From Sedimentisphaerales bacterium (GTDB taxonomy: Bacteria > Planctomycetota > Phycisphaerae > Sedimentisphaerales > SM23-30): DNA of 64,000 nt. The position numbers and the translations under genes were made by a program. Positions within the stretch are counted from its first letter, which is position 1. Every line of letters begins with the position of its first letter. This document shows, piece by piece, positions 30,805-39,905 of this stretch. The stretch lies in NCBI GenBank assembly GCA_963663965.2, contig CAXXFK010000031.1:1-64000 (forward strand), written 5' to 3'. The notes below the pieces were generated by a model that saw nothing but the letters and a program-made list of their open reading frames with translations, searched no databases and had not been told where the DNA came from.

Positions 30805-30910
30805 AGGGGTATCCTTCGCTAAAGAAATTCGGTTAATCGAATAATGGTTGTTGCTGTCTGGGCATTTTCATTATGTGATTATTGGCATTAAAAAGTGAAA
30901 TGTCAAATCT

Positions 30911-30995
30911 ATCCCCAATGGGTATGAAAATTCCCGAGCGCTCGCAACATAAGCAATGACTTGTAAAAGACTTATTTTACGGCCCAGCGGGCATT
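30911..30995 (+). repeat. About 85-bp dispersed repeat, copy 2
   Basis: Direct repeat of 28477-28563. Confidence 0.8.
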
Positions 30996-31045
30996 TTCAA
31001 TTGTAACCGGCATCATGATAATCATGATCGAAAACGGCATAAAAT

Positions 31046-31600
31046 CTAGCGAGCCGCCGGGAGACGCAATTCATTGGTCGCCACAAAGATGTTTTCCTGC
31101 CGCATCTGTATCCCCACTGCGATTTCCCGGCCGAGGGCGTCGAGGTCGGCCTGAATCATGACAATATCTGTTTCATCGGGCACGGTAACCTGACAAATCA
31201 CCACAAACTCGCCACCATTGTCAACATAACAATACAGATCCGTGATATTGATTTTTTTGGAACCCAGGTAGCTGGACAGAGCGCTTAGAATTCCCGGGCG
31301 GTCCGGGCCAAGGGCTGTCACGATGAAATGTTGGCCGGTTGCTTCTTGACGTTCAGGTTGTGACACGTAGGGAGTGATGTAAATATGCAGACCCGGCTCG
31401 GTATTGTCATTGACGTGCTGTTTTAACTCAGAGATGTCGATATTGGATTCAAATTGACATTTTATGATCATGGCGAAATATCCCTGAAGGACGGTCTGGG
31501 ATGCAGCAATCATATTCCCACCCATGTTGAATATTGCCTGGCTGACACCTGCAACAATGCCGGCGCGGTCGCAGGCAATGATAGATATAATGTATTCCAT
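31046..31600 (-). CDS. Tandem ACT-domain protein (GcvR-like)
   Basis: DRAGIVAGVS and GPDRPGILSALS ACT motifs. A GAGG RBS precedes ATG 31600; the longer ORF start lies inside the MITE. Confidence 0.85.
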   Translation of the reverse strand: MEYIISIIACDRAGIVAGVSQAIFNMGGNMIAASQTVLQGYFAMIIKCQFESNIDISELKQHVNDNTEPGLHIYITPYVSQPERQEATGQHFIVTALGPDRPGILSALSSYLGSKKINITDLYCYVDNGGEFVVICQVTVPDETDIVMIQADLDALGREIAVGIQMRQENIFVATNELRLPAAR

Positions 31601-31644
31601 AAGTAACCTCAATGGTATAATCGTGTTGTGTTTATGAGCATTTA

Positions 31645-31822
31645 GGAACCGCGCAAAAATAACACCTCCATTTTTCATCCCATCTTGCCGCCATCTTCAG
31701 CCGCTTCTCACTCGCGAAATCCTCGACATAGAATAGCACTGCCTGCGGTTTCGCTCAATCGGCGCGACTGAATCTGACAACAAGCTGTGTGATAAATGTA
31801 GCAGTTACTTATGCGCGGCTCC
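31645..31822. mobile_element. MITE, 178 bp
   Basis: TIRs GGAACCGCGCAAAAATAAC and GTTACTTATGCGCGGCTCC, with TTA on both sides (31642-31644, 31823-31825). Internal imperfect palindrome; no transposase ORF. Confidence 0.75.
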
Positions 31823-31827
31823 TTAAT

Positions 31828-32892
31828 TCAATGGATCAGATATTTATCAAAGCCACTGCTTTGGACAATCTGCATATTATCGCGATTGGTTCCAGCAATT
31901 AAGAACGCTTCAACGCCATTCATTTTTTCAATCAGTTGAATCCCTGCATCCGTGCCCATGACGGAAATCGCCGTTGCCAGCGCATCGGCCGTCATGGTAT
32001 CAGGGGCTATCACTGTCACGCTGGGCAACAGGGTGGCCGGATATCCTGTTCTCGGATCGATAATATGACTATAATGTTTGTCTTGAATCGTGAAATAATG
32101 GCGATAATTACCACTGGTTGCGACGGAGCAGTTATTGACCCGAATTATCCAGCCTGCAGTTTCGCTCACGTCGTTTTCGCCGCTTACAGCAAAAGGATCT
32201 TGAATGCCTAATGTCCAGTAAAAATCATTTCGTCGGGGGCCATAACAGGCAATTTCGCCTCCGATATTGACAAGGGCGCCTTCAATCCCAGTCGTTTTAA
32301 TGGCTTGAATGGCTTTATCGACGGCATAGCCCTTGACATAAGCATCCAGATTAAGCTGAATACCGGGTTTTCTGAATGAAACGTGATTCCTCTTCGACAA
32401 ATCGATCCATTCCCAGCCAATCGGTAACGCTTCGATTTCTTCTTTTATGGGGAGTTGATTGTTTTTCGCAGATTCTTTCCATAATGAAATTAAAGGTGTG
32501 ATCGTAATGTCAAAGGCCCCATTGGTTATTTTGCTGTATTCGATACCCTGATTAAGGATTGTCCAGGTTTCTGGACTTACAGGCATTGATTCGTGGGCGG
32601 CCCTCAGGTTAACCTGTCCCATTTCAGTATCATTTCGCCAGGTACTCAACTTTTTGTCCACCTGATCAATTGCGGACAAAGCCAAACTTTCTGCCTGGTG
32701 AAGTAATTCCCGGTTGTCCCCATAGATTTTTACTGAAACAAAGGTTCCAAGTTTCTCCCAGCTCTGGCCACCGATGCGGCCGGTGTATGGCCTGGATAGC
32801 CTGATAGAGTATAAACTGATGCCAGAGATGGCCGCAACCACGATAAAAACCATAATTCGTTTATAGATAAGAAGTTTTGTCAATGATTTCAT
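31828..32892 (-). CDS. apbE: FAD:protein FMN transferase
   Basis: GAFDIT, KGYAVD, NIGGEI, ATSGNY, HIIDPRTG and ADALATA motifs, with an N-terminal membrane anchor. Confidence 0.93.
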   Translation of the reverse strand: MKSLTKLLIYKRIMVFIVVAAISGISLYSIRLSRPYTGRIGGQSWEKLGTFVSVKIYGDNRELLHQAESLALSAIDQVDKKLSTWRNDTEMGQVNLRAAHESMPVSPETWTILNQGIEYSKITNGAFDITITPLISLWKESAKNNQLPIKEEIEALPIGWEWIDLSKRNHVSFRKPGIQLNLDAYVKGYAVDKAIQAIKTTGIEGALVNIGGEIACYGPRRNDFYWTLGIQDPFAVSGENDVSETAGWIIRVNNCSVATSGNYRHYFTIQDKHYSHIIDPRTGYPATLLPSVTVIAPDTMTADALATAISVMGTDAGIQLIEKMNGVEAFLIAGTNRDNMQIVQSSGFDKYLIH

Positions 32893-33069
32893 CCGGAAAT
32901 ATGAAACTGCTCTAAGTATTTATTCATTTGAATCGGTATATGTTTATATTTCACAAGTACTTATATACCAAATCCTGATTTAAAGTCAATTAACTAATCA
33001 GGAAATTCGCCATGTTTAAATGATACAGGAGATCAGGATAGAGTGAAATCCCGACAGGCGAAAAATAGC

Positions 33070-33098
33070 TTGCCGGGTGAAAATGCTTACGCTATACT
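33070..33098 (+). promoter_or_regulatory. Putative sigma70 promoter of the EF-G paralog
   Basis: TTGCCG-17bp-TATACT. Confidence 0.5.
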
Positions 33099-33176
33099 TA
33101 TTATTTTCTTGTTTTAAACAGGTTACAAAAGTGTTTTGTGTTAAGTATTAAACCTTGGTTCTGTATGGAGGCCCAA

Positions 33177-35219
33177 ATGGGATATACCTCAAATGACATC
33201 CGTAATATTGTGTTGATCGGTCACGCTCATGCCGGGAAGACAACATTGGCAGAAGCGATTCTTTATAAAATGGGTAAAACCACTCGATTGGGAAGTGTTA
33301 CAGATAAAACCAGTATTCTCGATTGTGATGACGAAGAACGCCAACGCGGTCATTCTGTCGATTCGGGTCTGGCTCATGTCAGTTATAAAAACAAGGAAAT
33401 TAATATTATAGATACTCCCGGTTATCCGGATTTCATAGGCGCGGCCCTGCCGGCGTTAACCGCGGCCGAAACTGCCATCCTGGTCATCAGCGCGGCTGAA
33501 GGCATTCAGATGAATACCCGTAAAATGATGCAATCGGCGCGTGAGCGTGGGATGGCTTGTATGATCGTAATTAACAAAATCGATAGCGGCACCGAGAATG
33601 TCGAGTCGTTAATCAGCGCCATTCAAGAATCTTTCGGTATGGAGTGTCGATGCGCCAATATGGTGAACGCCGATGGGAGCGCAGTCATAGACTGCGTGGA
33701 AAACGAGGCCGGTGAAGGTTTGATGGATATTGGCGAAATCCATATGAATCTGGTGGAAACGATTGTTGAAGCGGATGAAGAACTGATGGAAGCCTATCTG
33801 GGTGGTGAAGAAATATCAAAAGACAAGCTGAATGAGACATTCAAGAAGGCCGTTGTTCAAGGCTCATTGATTCCAATTGTGTTCACCAGCGCCCGGGATG
33901 GCATCGGTGTCACCGAAATGCTCGATATCATTGTGAAGGATTGCCCAAGTCCGAATGAAGGCGTTCCGCAGAAAATTGTACTTGGCGAAGGCGAAGACAA
34001 AGCCGTAAACGATCTGGTCTGCAATGAAAGCGGCCAGATTTTGGGGTTGGTATTCCGGATCAGTTCCGACCCAAAGACCAATATTAAAAATGTCGGCATA
34101 CGTCTGCAATCGGGCAAGATTGGCAGTGATTCGACTATTCAGGTTGTGGGCGGGAAGAAAGGCATGCGTTGCGGTCATATTAACAAGCTGCAAGGCGACA
34201 AGATGGAGCCGATTGACCAGGGAATTGCCGGCGATATTGTGGTACTGGCCAAACTGGACGATGTGGCAGTGCTGGATACCATTTACGCGGGCAATGAACC
34301 CGGCCGCATCGAAACGCCCAAATTACCGACCCCCATGTATTCACTGGCATTGGAACCGAAGAGCCGTGGAGACGAGACCAAGATCTCGGGCGTGTTGAGT
34401 GAAATTGCTGACGCCGATCCAACATTCCGGATTGACCGTGACCGGCAGACCAATGAACTGATCGTATCCGGAGTGGGCGAGTTGCATACCCGGGTAATTC
34501 TCAGCCGCATGCAGCATCGTCGCGGGCTGGAAGTGAATACCCAGCCACCTCGTATCCCTTATCGTGAAACCATCACGGGATCTATCAAATCCGTTGAATA
34601 TACCCATAAGAAACAATCCGGCGGCGCGGGCCAGTTTGCCCGTGTTGTTATCGACGTTGAGCCGAACGAATCCGGGGCCGGTTATGAGTTTCTGGATAAA
34701 ATTTTCGGTGGCGCGATCGATCAGCCTTTCCGTCCCAGTGTGGATAAAGGCGTGCAGGCGGCCATGGCACATGGCGTGTTGGCAGGTTTTCCGGTTGTTG
34801 ATGTGAAAGTTTCTCTGGTGGATGGCAAAACCCACCCGGTAGACAGTAAGGATATTGCTTTCCAGACCGCCGGACGTGAAGCGTTCCGCGAAGCTTTTAT
34901 GAAGTGTAAACCCACCTTGCTGGAACCGATTGTCAACCTAGAAGTGACTGTGCCGGTTGAGAAAGTTGGCGATATTACGGGTGACCTGTCCGGTCGCCGT
35001 GGCAGGGTACAGGGGCAGGACATCATTCCCGGCGGGATGATTACGATCAAAGCCCAGGTGCCGCTGGCTGAGATTCAGCAATACAGTTCACAGCTGAAAT
35101 CGGTAACCGGGGGACAGGGAAGCTTTACGATGGAATTGAGCCATTATGAAGCTGCGCCGCCAAATGTGGTTCAGCAAGTAGTGGAAAAGATGAAAGCCCT
35201 GAAGGCGGAAGAACATTAA
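33177..35219 (+). CDS. fusA: Elongation factor G paralog (EF-G-like, outside the str operon)
   Basis: GHAHAGKT, DTPG, NKID, HKKQSGGAGQF and HPVDS motifs. The G2 motif is RGHS instead of RGITI. GGAGG RBS. Confidence 0.9.
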   Translation: MGYTSNDIRNIVLIGHAHAGKTTLAEAILYKMGKTTRLGSVTDKTSILDCDDEERQRGHSVDSGLAHVSYKNKEINIIDTPGYPDFIGAALPALTAAETAILVISAAEGIQMNTRKMMQSARERGMACMIVINKIDSGTENVESLISAIQESFGMECRCANMVNADGSAVIDCVENEAGEGLMDIGEIHMNLVETIVEADEELMEAYLGGEEISKDKLNETFKKAVVQGSLIPIVFTSARDGIGVTEMLDIIVKDCPSPNEGVPQKIVLGEGEDKAVNDLVCNESGQILGLVFRISSDPKTNIKNVGIRLQSGKIGSDSTIQVVGGKKGMRCGHINKLQGDKMEPIDQGIAGDIVVLAKLDDVAVLDTIYAGNEPGRIETPKLPTPMYSLALEPKSRGDETKISGVLSEIADADPTFRIDRDRQTNELIVSGVGELHTRVILSRMQHRRGLEVNTQPPRIPYRETITGSIKSVEYTHKKQSGGAGQFARVVIDVEPNESGAGYEFLDKIFGGAIDQPFRPSVDKGVQAAMAHGVLAGFPVVDVKVSLVDGKTHPVDSKDIAFQTAGREAFREAFMKCKPTLLEPIVNLEVTVPVEKVGDITGDLSGRRGRVQGQDIIPGGMITIKAQVPLAEIQQYSSQLKSVTGGQGSFTMELSHYEAAPPNVVQQVVEKMKALKAEEH

Positions 35220-35241
35220 TGTTGATTATGAGTTAGTAATT

Positions 35242-35274
35242 AAAAAGCCGATCCCATTATGGTCGGCTTTTTTT
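35242..35274 (+). terminator. Rho-independent terminator
   Basis: AAAAAGCCGA...TCGGCTTTTTTT. Confidence 0.85.
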
Positions 35275-35313
35275 GTGTCAATATCCAATTGCAAGCTATA
35301 GGAAATCATCAAA

Positions 35314-36792
35314 ATGAAACATGCGTTAACTGCTGTCAATCTGCTGGTCATGTCCATGTTGAGTGTTTGTTTGGGCGCTGGTCCGAGTCGCATTTTGTCA
35401 GTTGAGGATAGGGCGGCTGAGAGTCAGTATGCAAATTGGATTTCTCTTTTTGATGGAAAGACACTGGCCGGCTGGAAAGCCAGTGAAAGTCTGAATACCT
35501 TCACCGTGGTGAAAGGGAGTATTGTCGCGAAGGGGGCGCGGTCGCATTTATTCTACGTGGGTGATGGCATCAGTGAAGTGGATTATAAAAATTTTGAGTT
35601 GGAAATTGAGGTGATGACGAAACCGGGTGCGAATTCGGGCGTTTATTTTCATACCGCCTTTCAACCAGAGGGCTGGCCCGGCCAGGGGTTTGAAGTGCAA
35701 GTCAATAATTCGCAAAAGGAACATGATGGCTATCTGGAGATGAAGAAAACCGGCAGTCTATACGGAATTCGCAATGTTTATAAGGCCATGGCGCGGGATA
35801 ATCAATGGTTTCAAATGCGGATCAGGGTGGATGGCCGGCGGGTTCAGATCTGGCTGGATCGAACTTTGCTGGTGGATTATATCGAGCCGGATTACCCGGC
35901 GAACAGCCGGTATCGGCGGTTGGGCCATGGGACTTTTGCCCTGCAGGGGCATGATCCGGGCAGTGAAGTCCATTTTCGCAATATTCGGGTAAGGAGATTG
36001 CCGGATAAAGCGCCCAAACCCGTTATCGAGCCTGAGCCTTTTGATGAGGTGGCCAGGCAGTTGCTGGAATTATCGGGAAACAATTTTCCTCTGGTCGACT
36101 TACACTGTCATCTGAAGGGGGGGCTGACCCTGGATGAGGTCCTGGCACATATGCGCCGTACGGGGATCAATTATGGGATTGCGATCAATGGCGGGATTGG
36201 ATTTCCCATTACGGACGATGAAGGGATTGAACAATTTCGCAAGTCGATGGAAGGAAAGCCCTGTTTCATCGCTTTACAGGCGGAAGGGCGTGAGTGGCCG
36301 ACGTTGTTTTCTAAAGAGGCCATTGCCAAATTCGATTATGTATTTACCGATGGAATGACCATTCCATGGAAAGGCAAGCGGACCCGGTTGTGGATTAAAG
36401 AAGAAGTTGAAATTGACGATCCACAGGCATTCATGGAACATCTGGTCGATACTATTGTGAAAATTCTGGATAATGAGCCCATCGATATTTATGTCAATCC
36501 CACGTTTATACCGAGTGTAATCGCCGCTGATTATGACAAACTCTGGACGCCGGAACGGATGGACCGGGTGATAGCGGCGGCAGCGAAACGAAAGATCGCG
36601 ATCGAGATTAACAACCGCTATGAGATTCCCAGTATTGAATTTATAAAACGGGCGAAGGCGGCCGGGATTAAATTTACGTTGGGTACGAATAATGTTGATC
36701 CGAATCTTGGTCGCATGGAATACGGATTGCGAGTGATTAAGGAATGCGGATTGAGTTGGAAGGATATGTGGATGCCTGAGCAGAAACACTGA
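35314..36792 (+). CDS. Secreted DUF1080 (3-keto-disaccharide hydrolase-like) protein fused to a PHP-like domain
   Basis: WISLFDGKTLAGW, NSGVYF, FEVQ, ALQGH and FRNIRV motifs; then DLHCH...AIEIN...FTLGTN. Confidence 0.85.
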   Translation: MKHALTAVNLLVMSMLSVCLGAGPSRILSVEDRAAESQYANWISLFDGKTLAGWKASESLNTFTVVKGSIVAKGARSHLFYVGDGISEVDYKNFELEIEVMTKPGANSGVYFHTAFQPEGWPGQGFEVQVNNSQKEHDGYLEMKKTGSLYGIRNVYKAMARDNQWFQMRIRVDGRRVQIWLDRTLLVDYIEPDYPANSRYRRLGHGTFALQGHDPGSEVHFRNIRVRRLPDKAPKPVIEPEPFDEVARQLLELSGNNFPLVDLHCHLKGGLTLDEVLAHMRRTGINYGIAINGGIGFPITDDEGIEQFRKSMEGKPCFIALQAEGREWPTLFSKEAIAKFDYVFTDGMTIPWKGKRTRLWIKEEVEIDDPQAFMEHLVDTIVKILDNEPIDIYVNPTFIPSVIAADYDKLWTPERMDRVIAAAAKRKIAIEINNRYEIPSIEFIKRAKAAGIKFTLGTNNVDPNLGRMEYGLRVIKECGLSWKDMWMPEQKH

Positions 36793-37019
36793 ATGGTGAA
36801 AAGACGATAACTCAATAAAATAAAGTGTGTTAGATTGAATACGGTTCTATTTATTGGCTGGGCGATTCAACAGGACAGAAATGTCTGAAAACACTGGAAA
36901 AGGGGATAATATGAGGAATTTGACAGTAAGAGTGAGAAAATGAATCTGGTAAATGAAAGAATCTCGTACATTGTATGGTTTGATATGAAAGTTTTGTAAC
37001 TATTAAGGAGTGAAACGTT

Positions 37020-37805
37020 ATGGGCACATGGGGTACGAATCCGTTATCGAACGATATGACGCAGGATGTGATCGATGGTTTTGATGATTATCTGAAGAAG
37101 GAGCCGGATATTGATAAGGCGTTGGAGACGATGAGGGCGGAGTTTGAAGAGGAGTTGGAGGATGAGGATACGCGCGGGGATGCGTTGATCGGGTTGGCGG
37201 AGCGGTTGTGGCAGTATGGGAAACATGATGAGGCGATTTTTGCTGAGGTGCGGGAGATCTGCCTCGAGATGAAAGGGCAGGAACTGTGGCAGGAGGAGGG
37301 CGCGGCGATGTATCGGAAACGGAAAGCGGCATTGGAGAAATTCTGGGAGAAGATTTCAAAACCCAAGGCCAAGCCCAAGAAGTTGCCGAAGATTGTGGTG
37401 CGAAAGCCGGTGTATGAGCCGGGGGATTGCCTGGCGGAGGATCTACAGAATGGGTATTATGCGGCATTGCTGGTACTGGATGCGAATGATTCGGATGAGG
37501 AATATGGCAGTAATCTGATTGTCACACTGGCGTATTACGATAAGAAAATGCCGACACTGGAGGATTTCAAGACGCGTGATTATCTGCGATTGACCCATCA
37601 TAACTGGAAGGGAAAAATCGATATGAGGCATGTGGTTAATTATAACAGCCGAAATGCTACGGCGAATCTGACTCTGATCGGTAATGTTGATATTTCCGGC
37701 CGGGAGATCCCTGAATGCAATACTTATGGTGGATTTATGGGGCCCAAGCACTTGATAGGAAGTCAGGCGAAATATCAGATTGGTGGTGAGCCGCTAGAAG
37801 AATAG
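37020..37805 (+). CDS. Hypothetical protein with DUF4259-like MGTWG N-terminus
   Basis: AAGGAG RBS; MGTWGTNPLSND start and an acidic helical N-domain. Confidence 0.7.
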   Translation: MGTWGTNPLSNDMTQDVIDGFDDYLKKEPDIDKALETMRAEFEEELEDEDTRGDALIGLAERLWQYGKHDEAIFAEVREICLEMKGQELWQEEGAAMYRKRKAALEKFWEKISKPKAKPKKLPKIVVRKPVYEPGDCLAEDLQNGYYAALLVLDANDSDEEYGSNLIVTLAYYDKKMPTLEDFKTRDYLRLTHHNWKGKIDMRHVVNYNSRNATANLTLIGNVDISGREIPECNTYGGFMGPKHLIGSQAKYQIGGEPLEE

Positions 37806-37810
37806 CGGGG

Positions 37811-39742
37811 TCAGGTTTCTACGGAGATGGTAATTTTGAGAGATTGGCTGGGATTATCGGGTAGGGCGCAGGACAGGGGGATGGTCTGGAATCCGGGGAT
37901 GAGGTTGAAACGGCGTGAGGTGAGAGGGGAATCGATCTGGATGGGCGCGCTGGATTGGATTTTCAGGGTGGCACTGGGTTTACGGATGGATATGATGTTT
38001 GATGAGAGGCGCTGAATGGGTTCGGAAATGGCGCTGATAACAGGGAGGATGAGACGGATTTCTGCTAGTGAAGTTGGAAGACTTATAGCGGTCGCTTCGA
38101 ATTTTACAGAATCTATGTTTATACTATAGCGTAAGTTGCAGCGGGCGTTGTCAGCGTTGGCTTTGGCATCCTTAAGTTGGGTCTGGATGTTAAATTGTAT
38201 CTGGCCGGACTGATCGGTGGAGGTAATCTGGGCGTTAAGGTCGTATATGTTACTGAAACGGTTATTATCGATTGTGGCTTCGAGGCGTGGAGTCAGGGTG
38301 AAGTTGCCTGCTTCTGGCGGGGGTTGCATGTTGTGAGCTTCGACGGGGATATAATCGGCAAGACTGGCGGTAAAGATAGGACCGGTGAGAGGGTGCCACA
38401 GGAGCGAGAGCGCTCCTCCGGTGGCATGGAAGACGTTGGATTTATAGAGCCAGTCATAGGAGGTAATGGTGGCACGCCAAGGGCCGCGAGCGGCCAGCCA
38501 GGTAGCGTTTTCGGGGAAATGGATAATACCATCGGCCTGTTCGCGCGGGAGTGGCGGCAGGGTCGCGGGAGGTTGGGGGATGCCGGAATCGAGAATTTCG
38601 GCGAGGACTTTAGCATGGCAAAAGGTGTGATGGGCGCAGGCAGGCAGGTTGTGCAGGGCGAGATGGGGACCACCCATGAGGAGTCCTTTGTGAGTGCACT
38701 GTCGTAGAAGGGACAGATGGCGCTGGGCGGCGGTATAGAATGCTGGATTATCGGTGGATTCGGACAATAGAGCGGCCAGACAGCCATCTGAGGTGCGGCT
38801 GCCCCACCAGGTCCATTTAAAATTACGCGTGCCCCAGCTATTGTCCCAGGCACCGTCGGGTAGCATGAACTGGAGATGGGAGGCGATGGATTGGATGACG
38901 GTATGGCGTACGGTATCATCGTTTTCGAGATGGGCATAATGAAGAAGAGTGGGCAGGGATTCTTCGATATTGTAGCCGAGATCGATGGGCAGGCATTGCT
39001 GGGGGGAACGTTTGTTGGCGGGACGTCCTTCGCCAAAGATCAGATGGCTGGGTTGAGAAAAGTAATCCAGGGCTTGATGGGCCAGTTCGCGGGCACGGGC
39101 TTGCCATTGGGGACGGTTGAGCATGCGGCCGAGCAGGGCCAGGCAGTAGGGGGCGGTCATGCCGTAATTAATATTGGCGTAATCAACGGTAAAGTTGTCG
39201 AAAACGAACTGGCCGGATCGAGAGAGCCGGTCGAGCCATTTCTGTTGGAGATCGTTTGGGATGATTGAGCGATTGTATTTGAGGGCGTGAGCCAGGGCGA
39301 TCGAACCAAAGACCGTAATGCCTTTCCAGGATTTGGGATCGAGTTCGTTGGTCCAGCTACCGTCGGGCTGGTCGATGTTCTTCATCCAGTCGATAAGTCG
39401 AAATGCGGCCTGACGATAAGACTCGCGGCCAGTCAGGCGGGCCAGGGTGAGCAGCGGATAGGCGGCGTCGGCACAGCGACCGTGAGCTGTTTCGCCACAG
39501 GCTGGACAACGTAGCATGCCATGGTGGACAGGATCGTCAGGCGCATCGATCTGCAAGGGGAGTAGTGCGTCACACCATTGCAGGAGTAGTGCGAAGATAT
39601 CATCCTGTAACTGGGAGTCCTGAATCGTGGCCAGGGAGGGAAATTGCATCAGGAATGGAATGGAGCCTGCGGTGGCCATCTTGAGGAAATGGCGGCGATT
39701 CAGATCCATACGATTGTGATTAAAATTACGGGTCATCGGCAT
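37811..39742 (-). CDS. Tat-exported hypothetical protein, probable (alpha/alpha)-toroid plus beta-sandwich carbohydrate-active (lyase-like) enzyme
   Basis: RRHFLK Tat motif, helical repeats with PDG.W motifs, and a beta-rich C-terminal half. Confidence 0.6.
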   Translation of the reverse strand: MPMTRNFNHNRMDLNRRHFLKMATAGSIPFLMQFPSLATIQDSQLQDDIFALLLQWCDALLPLQIDAPDDPVHHGMLRCPACGETAHGRCADAAYPLLTLARLTGRESYRQAAFRLIDWMKNIDQPDGSWTNELDPKSWKGITVFGSIALAHALKYNRSIIPNDLQQKWLDRLSRSGQFVFDNFTVDYANINYGMTAPYCLALLGRMLNRPQWQARARELAHQALDYFSQPSHLIFGEGRPANKRSPQQCLPIDLGYNIEESLPTLLHYAHLENDDTVRHTVIQSIASHLQFMLPDGAWDNSWGTRNFKWTWWGSRTSDGCLAALLSESTDNPAFYTAAQRHLSLLRQCTHKGLLMGGPHLALHNLPACAHHTFCHAKVLAEILDSGIPQPPATLPPLPREQADGIIHFPENATWLAARGPWRATITSYDWLYKSNVFHATGGALSLLWHPLTGPIFTASLADYIPVEAHNMQPPPEAGNFTLTPRLEATIDNNRFSNIYDLNAQITSTDQSGQIQFNIQTQLKDAKANADNARCNLRYSINIDSVKFEATAISLPTSLAEIRLILPVISAISEPIQRLSSNIISIRKPSATLKIQSSAPIQIDSPLTSRRFNLIPGFQTIPLSCALPDNPSQSLKITISVET

Positions 39743-39905
39743 ATTTGAAATAAAAAGGATTGTAATGAGTAATTGTCAGATTAACGTGGAAAGCGGAGAT
39801 GTATTGGCAGAAAACAATAAAATATATTGGTGAGACCGGCGTGATACCGGTAGAATTGCGGGAAGTTTGAAAAGAATGTGTTTAGATGCCCCATAAGGAA
39901 ACTCT

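Noticed and set aside
31828..32892. ApbE as part of the redox operon
   Set aside because: I found no (S/T)GAT flavinylation motif in the operon proteins, and unrelated genes intervene.
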